A stretch of DNA of 22,591 nucleotides from Thermoproteaceae archaeon (lineage in GTDB: Archaea > Thermoproteota > Thermoprotei > Thermoproteales > Thermoproteaceae): the NCBI GenBank assembly GCA_020833025.1, contig JAJHRB010000022.1, positions 1 through 22,591 on the forward strand, given 5' to 3'. Below, piece after piece: positions 16,342-22,591 of the stretch. Position numbers and translations under genes: made by a program. A model generated the notes under the pieces. That model made no database searches and was not told the origin of the DNA. It saw only the letters and a program-made list of their open reading frames with translations. How positions within the stretch are numbered: position 1 is the stretch's first letter; each line of letters opens with the position of its first letter.

Positions 16342-18648
16342 TTAGGGTATCGCCAGTGGCGTGAAGGGGCGTCCGCCTGCCTCATAGAACTTAGATGCCA
16401 TCTCGTAGTACACCAGACGCAGCGATTGGATCAGTGACACGAAGCCCTCGGCGAATGCTATGAACAAGTGGAAGAATGCCGCGGCGGCGAATCCCAGAGG
16501 CATGCCAAGCGATATAGCAAACTCATTTGCCATCTTTGTGAACACGCCGTGCATTAGTATGATTATCAGCAGGCGTGAGTAGCTCGCTATGTTAGCGAAT
16601 GCCGCTATGAAGCCCTCGATAATGCCAATAATTGCTTCGTCCATGACGGGCGGCGCCTCCTCGTGGTGCCTGTATTTCATTCTGAGCGTAAGGGCCCCGC
16701 CAAAGCCCCACGCAATTGCCCCAAGGAGGACAAGATGCCACGGCACTTGCAGAACCGGCTCTAGGAAGTGCAGCCCTATCGACTCCTTGACGAGCGTGAA
16801 CAGTATCATGGCGAAGCACCAGAACGCTAGAACGTTAGGCAGGACGACGCCCAGCGCGACGTCTCTCTCGCCTTTCAGCATGAAGTTAACAACGCGTAGT
16901 GTGAAGCACACTAGCAGTAGAATGAGCGCCATGATGAAAATTGCCCTCAGCTGGAAGTAAACGCCCTCGTGCGCCGGGGCCCACCCATGCTCGAACAAGT
17001 GGAATACAGGCGGTACTGGCAACTTGACACCTAGCTCTTCAAAGCCGAAGCCGAAGATCTCATGGTAGACAAGAGCGCCGAACAACATGCAGACGGCGCC
17101 AGTCGTGGCCCAGAAAATTCCCCAGCTCTTATACTTGCCCCCGAACAGCCACTTCATTAGCAAGACGCCGAATATCGTCATCAGGAGCCCGTGCCCCAAG
17201 TCGCCGTACATCCACCCGTAGTAGAACACGAACATGAGGGCCAGGAATATCGTCGGGCTCACCTCGTCCGCCTTGGGCATGCCATACCAGTAAACGATGG
17301 TGGCCAGCTGCTTGATGGGCGTTGGTAGCTTTTCCAGCGTTGGCCTCCGCTTGGCGGGCACCGTTGACAGGTACTTGTACCGCACTCTCCTAATGATGTC
17401 AAGCTTAACGACATTGTGCTTAACGAACTCGGCCAGCGCATCGTCAATTCTCTTTACGTCTCTCTCGAGCACGTAAAACGTGATGGATGCTACGTCTCTG
17501 TGCTCCTCCCACCTCATATCGCCGTATACCGAGAACTCTCTGTACTGCCTCTTGGCTATTTCGAGCTCTCTCTTTAACCTGTGGATGGAGTGCTCGGTGG
17601 ACTTTATGGCGTCCTCTACAAGCCTCCTCCCGGTTTCCAGGCTGGACAGATACTCGGCGGGAATTTCAATTCCCCTGGCCTCGCCTCTCACTATTGCCAC
17701 CTTAATCCCGTCGATCTCCTGTATGGTGTGTGGCGCTGCTATTGGAGTCTCAGGCTCGATGTACAGCCTGAAGCCCTCAGGCAGCTTTAACCCCGCCTTC
17801 TCCGGAACTTTATCCAGAAATAACTTTATTTTCTTTAACCGGCTGAGCTGCTCCTCCATCCGCTCGATTTCCCTCTCGACGGTCCCGAAATAGCGCCCCG
17901 CCTCTACTCCCTCGTCTATTGCCGACCTGCTGAAGGTCTCTGCAATCAGCGCGACGGAGTTTCTGAGAGTGTAGGCGTAGTCTATCATGTCTCTGTGCCT
18001 AGAAATCGCCGACCTCAAGCCCTCCTCAGCCTTTCTGAGCCTGTCCTCCAGCGCCTCGGGAGGCTCTATCTCGGAGACCTCCTGCAGTGTGAACACCCTG
18101 GCGCCGAGCTTTTGAAGCGCAGACTTCAGCTGTTCTGCGACTCTGCGCTCTGCCGCGATCACCTGAACTCCGCCGTGCTGCACCAGCAGCGCATTGTAGG
18201 ACTTTGCAAGTTCGGCGGCCTCTCTCGCCGCCCTGCCCGGCAGCACGACATATACTTCCAGGGCCTCTGTCTTCGGCGGCACAGCCGCCCTAATTGCCGC
18301 TAGCTCTCTCGAAATTGCGAGCTTTGCTTTCAGCTCGTCAGCGAGCTGCAAGTAGTACATTACTTCCTTGTGCGCGGGCTCTAGTTGCTGCAGGATCCTG
18401 TCTATCTGTGCTTCCAGAGACTCGAGCGGGAGGCTGACCTGCCGCGGCTGCGCGTGGGGCACTATCGGGCTTATAAGCTCGTCTATTTTCCTGGCCTTCT
18501 GGAGAAGCGCGGGATCGCGCGGTCTCGGGAGCTTCTCGGGCCTCGATTCAAACATTGCGGCCTTCGTCTTTCCTATAAAGTATATCAGCTCGGGTAGTAC
18601 ATCAACATGGCACGCGACTTTAAACTCAACCACGCGCTCACGCGGCAC
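16342..18648 (-). CDS. atpI: A/V-type ATP synthase subunit I (a), about 768 aa from GTG 18648 (ORF track start 18657)
   Basis: Long soluble coiled N-terminus, then YG.P...EV.PT, F...YG.MYGD.GHG, several TM helices and N..SYSRL with the essential Arg, ending IQSLRL.YYE..SKFY..GG..F.P. TTTAAAA at 18674-18668 fits start 18648. Confidence 0.95.
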   Translation of the reverse strand: MPRERVVEFKVACHVDVLPELIYFIGKTKAAMFESRPEKLPRPRDPALLQKARKIDELISPIVPHAQPRQVSLPLESLEAQIDRILQQLEPAHKEVMYYLQLADELKAKLAISRELAAIRAAVPPKTEALEVYVVLPGRAAREAAELAKSYNALLVQHGGVQVIAAERRVAEQLKSALQKLGARVFTLQEVSEIEPPEALEDRLRKAEEGLRSAISRHRDMIDYAYTLRNSVALIAETFSRSAIDEGVEAGRYFGTVEREIERMEEQLSRLKKIKLFLDKVPEKAGLKLPEGFRLYIEPETPIAAPHTIQEIDGIKVAIVRGEARGIEIPAEYLSSLETGRRLVEDAIKSTEHSIHRLKRELEIAKRQYREFSVYGDMRWEEHRDVASITFYVLERDVKRIDDALAEFVKHNVVKLDIIRRVRYKYLSTVPAKRRPTLEKLPTPIKQLATIVYWYGMPKADEVSPTIFLALMFVFYYGWMYGDLGHGLLMTIFGVLLMKWLFGGKYKSWGIFWATTGAVCMLFGALVYHEIFGFGFEELGVKLPVPPVFHLFEHGWAPAHEGVYFQLRAIFIMALILLLVCFTLRVVNFMLKGERDVALGVVLPNVLAFWCFAMILFTLVKESIGLHFLEPVLQVPWHLVLLGAIAWGFGGALTLRMKYRHHEEAPPVMDEAIIGIIEGFIAAFANIASYSRLLIIILMHGVFTKMANEFAISLGMPLGFAAAAFFHLFIAFAEGFVSLIQSLRLVYYEMASKFYEAGGRPFTPLAIP

Positions 18649-18726
18649 GTGAGGCACGCTCTGCCGCTTTTAAAGTATTGGAGCATTACGGTTTCGGGCG
18701 AACTAACTAGCACCGATAAATAATCC

Positions 18727-18733
18727 ATATAAA
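18727..18733 (+). promoter_or_regulatory. TATA box (ATATAAA) of ppa, divergent from the atpI promoter
   Basis: -27 to -21 from ATG 18754. Confidence 0.6.
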
Positions 18734-18753
18734 GCTCGCGCTCGTACTGCCAT

Positions 18754-19290
18754 ATGGCAGCAGCGCTTGAGCGCATCAAGCCCAGGGCGCCGGACGACTT
18801 GTATGCAGTCATAGAGATACCGAAGGGCAGCAATATCAAGTACGAGCTTGACGAGGAGACGGGCGCCATAATGGTGGACAGGATACTCTACACGGCAATG
18901 TTCTATCCGTTTAACTACGGAGTAATTCCCGGGACTCTCGAGGAGGACGGCGACCCCCTCGACGTGCTCATAATCTCGCACGAGACACTCGCGCCCGGCA
19001 CCGCAATCAGGGTCAGGCCGGTGGGCGCGCTCGTGACGGAAGACGAGGAGGGACTGGACAGAAAGCTAATAGCGGTGCCCCACGAGAAGATAGACCCGAG
19101 ATTTGCAAATATAAAAGACATCAAGGACGTGCCAGAGGCCATTCTGAACCAGATTAAGCACTTCTTCGAGCACTACAAGGAGCTCGAGCCAGGGAAGTGG
19201 GTCAAGGTCAAGGAGTGGTGGAACAGAGAAAAGGCAATTGAGCTTGTAAAGAAGGCAATTGAAATGTACGAGAAGGAGAAGAAAAAGTAG
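18754..19290 (+). CDS. ppa: Family I inorganic pyrophosphatase
   Basis: EIPKGS.IKYE, DR.LY....[41 protein letters not shown]. Confidence 0.97.
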   Translation: MAAALERIKPRAPDDLYAVIEIPKGSNIKYELDEETGAIMVDRILYTAMFYPFNYGVIPGTLEEDGDPLDVLIISHETLAPGTAIRVRPVGALVTEDEEGLDRKLIAVPHEKIDPRFANIKDIKDVPEAILNQIKHFFEHYKELEPGKWVKVKEWWNREKAIELVKKAIEMYEKEKKK

Positions 19291-19401
19291 CCGGCGCGCT
19301 GGGCGTTAGCGCGAGCTCAAAACAGTATATTTTTGCGGATTCTGCGCCAAGAATCAAAAACTTCCAGCTAGAGACTTTAACAAGCCCGGCAACAGTGCAG
19401 C

Positions 19402-20112
19402 GTGGTGGAACTAATAGTGCCGCGGCCTATCTGCAGCGTCATTAAGTGCGACGACGTGAATAACATTGACTTAAAAAGCGCGCTGAAAGAACTAGAGCGG
19501 GAGCACGACGTGCATGAAATACTGCCCGGCATATACGCGTACAAGTACGACTTTAACCGCATCTCGCCATCCCTAATAAATGATTACAGCTTCTGCCCGC
19601 GCCTTCTCTGGATCCAGCAGAGGCTCGGCCTTAAGCTGCTGACGGAGAGACTGCTCGTGGCATTAGTGCGCGGCCGCATCCTCCACCAGCGTTACGAGCG
19701 AGCCGTAACAGTTTACGACAACGTCATCGCGGAATACAGAGTTGAAATCGGCAATCTCGTCGGCGTGATCGACGTAGTCGTGAGGCGCGGGCGCGAGTAC
19801 GTGCCCGTCGAGCTTAAAACAGGCGCGGCGGGCAGGGATGCCCATAGGAGGCAGTTGCAAGCATACATTCAGCTACTCGGCGCGTCTCGCGGCTATCTAG
19901 TCTACAGAGACAGAGTAGAAATAGTGAGGGAGGAGAGGAGCGCTCTTGCCCTCCTCGCCGAAATTGAGCGGGTAGTGAGAATGGAGAGTCCGCCGGACGT
20001 CACGTGCCGCGGATGTGCATTTATCAGCGTGTGCCGGCAACTCTCTGGCACGCGCCTCTCTCCAGCTCCCCGCCGCACTCTAGGGCCCAGCGGGGAGCGC
20101 CCCTCCATGTGA
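19402..20112 (+). CDS. cas4: Solo Cas4-family PD-(D/E)xK nuclease with Fe-S cysteines
   Basis: ISPS.I.DY.FCPR..W (Cys1), G.ILH, GVID, PVELKTG, H..QL..Y and C-terminal CxxC.....C. The N-terminus ELIVPRPIC resembles, from memory, the characterised Pyrobaculum calidifontis Cas4 Pcal_0546. Start may be 19405. Confidence 0.88.
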   Translation: MVELIVPRPICSVIKCDDVNNIDLKSALKELEREHDVHEILPGIYAYKYDFNRISPSLINDYSFCPRLLWIQQRLGLKLLTERLLVALVRGRILHQRYERAVTVYDNVIAEYRVEIGNLVGVIDVVVRRGREYVPVELKTGAAGRDAHRRQLQAYIQLLGASRGYLVYRDRVEIVREERSALALLAEIERVVRMESPPDVTCRGCAFISVCRQLSGTRLSPAPRRTLGPSGERPSM

Positions 20113-20329
20113 CAGGCTGGGCGGCGGAATTGACAAGCGCTCGGGGCGGCAAAAACCGGCGAGGTTTCAGTACCGCTGCCGGAGCGCAACCTCGCGGCGG
20201 CGCGAGCCCGCCAGCGGTCCCGGCGTGCGGCTCCTGCGAGTAAGAAAGGTGCGGACGCCCGGGCTTCCGGGTCCCGGAGGGCAGCGAGAGTTGAAGGGGG
20301 CACGCCGTCGGTAGCCGGCGTTAAACAGC

Positions 20330-20336
20330 TTATTAA
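20330..20336 (+). promoter_or_regulatory. TATA box (TTATTAA) of the ino1-padR operon
   Basis: -26 to -20 from GTG 20356. Confidence 0.6.
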
Positions 20337-20355
20337 CAGACCTGTTTAGATTGAC

Positions 20356-21411
20356 GTGACAATCAGGGTGGGTTTAGTGGGCGTCGGAAATTGTGCGTCA
20401 GCGCTTGTGCAGAGCGTGGAAATGCACAAGCACCAACCGAAGCTCGACCCGCCAGCAATCCTCGCACGCGTCAAGAATTACACTCCGCGCGATATAGTGT
20501 TCACTTCGGCATTTGATATAGACGCCAGGAAAGTTGACCTCGACCTCTCCGAGGCGATATTCCAGCCGCCGAATAACGCCGCGGTCATATTTAAGCCGCC
20601 GAGGCTCGGTGCGGTGGTACGCCCTGGACCTGTGTTAGACGGCGTGCCGGGAGGCGGGCTGGTATCAAAAATAGTGGAGGGCACGGTCGACGACGTCGTC
20701 CGCGAGCTTCACTCGACAAATACTGAGATTCTTGTGAACTACCTGCCCACGGGCGCGAGAAAGGCAGCCGAGGCCTACGCGGAGGCAGCGCTCAGAGCCG
20801 GCGTTGCATTTGTAAACGCAATGCCGGCGCCCGTAACATCGAGCGCGCACTGGCAGAAGAGGTTTGCAGAGCGCGGCGTGCCGCTTCTCGGTGATGACAC
20901 CCAGAACCAAATAGGCGCGACAGTGCTACACAAATCGCTCATAAGACTGCTGGCACTCAGGGGGGTGAGGGTAAGGCGCACGTATCAAATAAACATTGGC
21001 GGGACGCCCGACTTCCTGAACCTCATGTACAGGCACGACGACAAGGTAGCGTCAAAGACAGCAGCGGTGAAGACGATGGCGGAGGGGCAGGAGTTCGACG
21101 CCTATATTGCACCGGTTGCTTATATCAGGTTCCTCGGGGATAGAAAGATCGCACACATGCTAATAGAGGCCGAGATATTCGGCGGCCTCCCTGTTAGAAT
21201 TGAGGTAACGCTGGAGGTTCACGATGCGTGGAATAGTGTTGCCGTCGTGGTGGATGCCGTCAGGCTCGCGAAACTGGCGCTAGACAGAGGGATCGGCGGC
21301 CCCCTCCTGAGCGCGTCTGCGTGGTGCTTTAAGAACCCGCCCGTGCACATGAGCCCCGAGGAAGCCTACAGGGCCGTTCTTGAGTTCATCGACGGCAAGC
21401 GCGACAGATGA
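20356..21411 (+). CDS. ino1: myo-inositol-1-phosphate synthase
   Basis: GVGNCASALVQ Rossmann motif, AFDID..KV..DL.EAI, LVNYLP.G, F.N..P, GDD...Q.GAT..H, Q.N.GG..DF.N, SKT.AV, GD.K, D..NS, ...FK.PP. Confidence 0.96.
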   Translation: MTIRVGLVGVGNCASALVQSVEMHKHQPKLDPPAILARVKNYTPRDIVFTSAFDIDARKVDLDLSEAIFQPPNNAAVIFKPPRLGAVVRPGPVLDGVPGGGLVSKIVEGTVDDVVRELHSTNTEILVNYLPTGARKAAEAYAEAALRAGVAFVNAMPAPVTSSAHWQKRFAERGVPLLGDDTQNQIGATVLHKSLIRLLALRGVRVRRTYQINIGGTPDFLNLMYRHDDKVASKTAAVKTMAEGQEFDAYIAPVAYIRFLGDRKIAHMLIEAEIFGGLPVRIEVTLEVHDAWNSVAVVVDAVRLAKLALDRGIGGPLLSASAWCFKNPPVHMSPEEAYRAVLEFIDGKRDR

Positions 21412-21713
21412 AGGCATACCGGCGCTTCAAGCGCTGTATAGGCCAGGGAAATCTCTGGCTATACGTAGTGAGCCTCCTCAGCAAGCGAGGGCCCACGCAC
21501 GGCTACGCAATCATTCAGGAGCTCAGAAAACTCGGGTTCAAGATAAGCACAGTTTACGGTTACGTGCTGCTTAAGAGAATGGTAGCAGACGGCGTCTTGC
21601 TAGAAACTATACAGAATGGCAGAAAGCTTTATACTGTGTCAGAGACAGCTCAAGAAAATTTTAAGAGAGCAATAAATGACCTCCAAGAGCTAATTAAATT
21701 GCTCACAGAGTAG
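21408..21713 (+). CDS. PadR-family transcriptional regulator
   Basis: L.LYVV.LL...P.HGY.II.EL......S..Y..LKR....G.L.....GRK.Y.VSE.....F. ATGA overlap with the ino1 stop. Confidence 0.88.
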   Translation: MKAYRRFKRCIGQGNLWLYVVSLLSKRGPTHGYAIIQELRKLGFKISTVYGYVLLKRMVADGVLLETIQNGRKLYTVSETAQENFKRAINDLQELIKLLTE

Positions 21714-21819
21714 CAGTGGCGGCGCGGGTAGCGCTCGGGCGCCAGGTGGAAGTTTTTTAATTCTTTATACCATATTCAAACTGCCAGCCGGGGTGGCCGA
21801 GCGGCCCAAGGCGCGGGAC

Positions 21820-21834
21820 AGGCTCCCTCCCGAG
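21820..21834 (+). other. tRNA intron 1 (15 nt, position 32/33)
   Basis: BHB-type: central helix CGGG/CCCG with bulges AC|A and AG|T. Removal restores a 7-nt anticodon loop with U33. Confidence 0.8.
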
Positions 21835-21869
21835 TTGAGATCCCGTCCCCGTCAAGGGGGCGTGGGTTC

Positions 21870-21885
21870 AGGCCCTGCCGCCCAC
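21870..21885 (+). other. tRNA intron 2 (16 nt, position 56/57, T loop)
   Basis: BHB: central helix GGGT/GCCC, bulges TC|A and AC|A, inner stem GGC/GCC. Removal restores TTCAAAT. Confidence 0.8.
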
Positions 21886-21987
21886 AAATCCCACCCCCGG
21901 CGCCACTTCACCCCTTCCGACATGTATCAAGGTACTGGGAGATAGAGAACTGCGTAAAACGTATTTGCGACTTGGGTATACTAATTG

Positions 21988-22398
21988 TTATTGTGCAACT
22001 GCCGCTAAGTGGGATTTATAAGAGCGGTCAGTGTAGCTCACTGTGAACCTTTTCGGAGATAATTGCGATACAATGTAACGAAATGCAGCCATGGGGTCTG
22101 AGTGCTCGCCGCAAGTGTAAACGTCAACTGTAGCGTAGCTGTAGGCAGGCCATGTGTGAATTGCAATATGGCTCTCGACTACTAGCGCAATCACGGACAC
22201 CCCTCCCTTGTCCCCACCCTCGAATTTCCATGAATTCACCTCTACAATGTGCATTCTAGCAATGCGCGCTGCCTCAGTTACTATTCTCCTTAACTCTCTC
22301 TCGTCGTTTAACAGCGCGGGGTCAACACCATAGAGCTCGCCGTACACATGCTTGCCTATAATAGGCGCCTTGGACTGGGACTCTGACTCATCTCCCAT
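21988..22398 (-). CDS. Pyruvoyl-dependent decarboxylase proenzyme of the SAM-decarboxylase (SpeD/SpeH) family, possibly the crenarchaeal arginine decarboxylase paralogue; 136 aa from ATG 22398
   Basis: [19 protein letters not shown]|SHIAIHTWP self-cleavage site, [23 protein letters not shown] at 22429-22424 favours ATG 22398 over the ORF-track start at 22548. Confidence 0.9.
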   Translation of the reverse strand: MGDESESQSKAPIIGKHVYGELYGVDPALLNDERELRRIVTEAARIARMHIVEVNSWKFEGGDKGGVSVIALVVESHIAIHTWPAYSYATVDVYTCGEHSDPMAAFRYIVSQLSPKRFTVSYTDRSYKSHLAAVAQ

Positions 22399-22591
22399 TC
22401 CGTCTCGCGCGTTTCCTGGCATATTTAAACTTTTTGAGACAGCTGACACCGCCCCTTTTAGAGTGGGTGCTCTTGTGCTCGGGCAGCGCTGGCATCTCAA
22501 AGGAGAGGCGACATCGAGAGCTGTCCGGCGCGGCCTCAAGGAGCCCACAGCGCGCGTCGGAGCAGAGATCCAGTTTATGCAGAGTGCCGCG

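Larger units (their letters stand above)
21787..21905 (+). tRNA. tRNA-Ser(UGA) with two non-canonical introns; 88 nt mature including encoded CCA
   Basis: Acceptor stem GCCGGGG/CCCCGGC, discriminator G73, CCA at 21903-21905. Anticodon stem CGGGA/TCCCG; the loop after splicing is CT-TGA-GA. Long variable arm CCCC/GGGG. T arm GTGGG-TTCAAAT-CCCAC after splicing. Confidence 0.9.

Noticed and set aside
20109-20243. 44-codon ORF coupled to the cas4 stop, with CAAAAAC before the pseudoknot as a -1 frameshift signal
   Set aside because: The heptamer is not X XXY YYZ, the spacer is too short, and the peptide has no protein-like features.
19902-20303. Minus-strand 133-aa ORF overlapping the cas4 3' end
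   Set aside because: Ala/Arg-rich, antisense to cas4, no motif.
20065-20321. RNase P RNA or SRP RNA (including the permuted Thermoproteus form) as the identity of the structured region
   Set aside because: I could not find the RNase P GAGGAA/P4 and 3' conserved elements, nor the SRP helix 8 motif (AGG-CCC-GGAA-GGG-AGCA), on either strand. A covariance-model search is still advisable.
19291-20355. CRISPR array near cas4
   Set aside because: No direct repeats with spacer-length periodicity seen here or anywhere else in the window.
21820-21834. Reading the tRNA with a canonical 37/38 intron (anticodon from CAGGCT...)
   Set aside because: Gives no U33 and no BHB. The 32/33 placement gives both, plus an anticodon matching the Ser identity elements (G73, long variable arm).
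22430-22591. Possible gene at the right edge
   Set aside because: Several frames are open, but the stretch is too short and has no motif to choose among them.

Overview
GC-rich archaeal chromosomal window, most consistent with Thermoproteales (Thermoproteus/Pyrobaculum-like). This rests on mostly leaderless genes with TATA boxes about 20-30 nt upstream of the start codons, a stand-alone atpI, a fragmented ribosomal-protein cluster and a tRNA with non-canonical introns. Core genes: spt4, rpoE1, alaS, nac, rps3, rpl29, rnp1, an MTHFR-family gene, atpI, ppa, ino1, a PadR regulator, tRNA-Ser(UGA) with two introns, and a pyruvoyl decarboxylase (SAM/arginine decarboxylase family). The unusual parts are five. 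(1) A 5'-truncated giant (>2225 aa) orphan protein with a sequon-rich N-terminal part, one hydrophobic segment and about 1900 aa of helical sequence. (2) A translationally coupled HIT hydrolase / ABC-type ATPase / PIN nuclease operon; the ATPase is split by a 1-nt frameshift. (3) An internally deleted tnpB-only IS200/IS605-type element with apparent ends. (4) A solo Cas4 followed by a stem-rich, possibly pseudoknotted region of about 250 nt. (5) A hairpin-rich 5' region of alaS. No CRISPR array was seen. All calls come from reading motifs by eye; no searches or folding programs were run.
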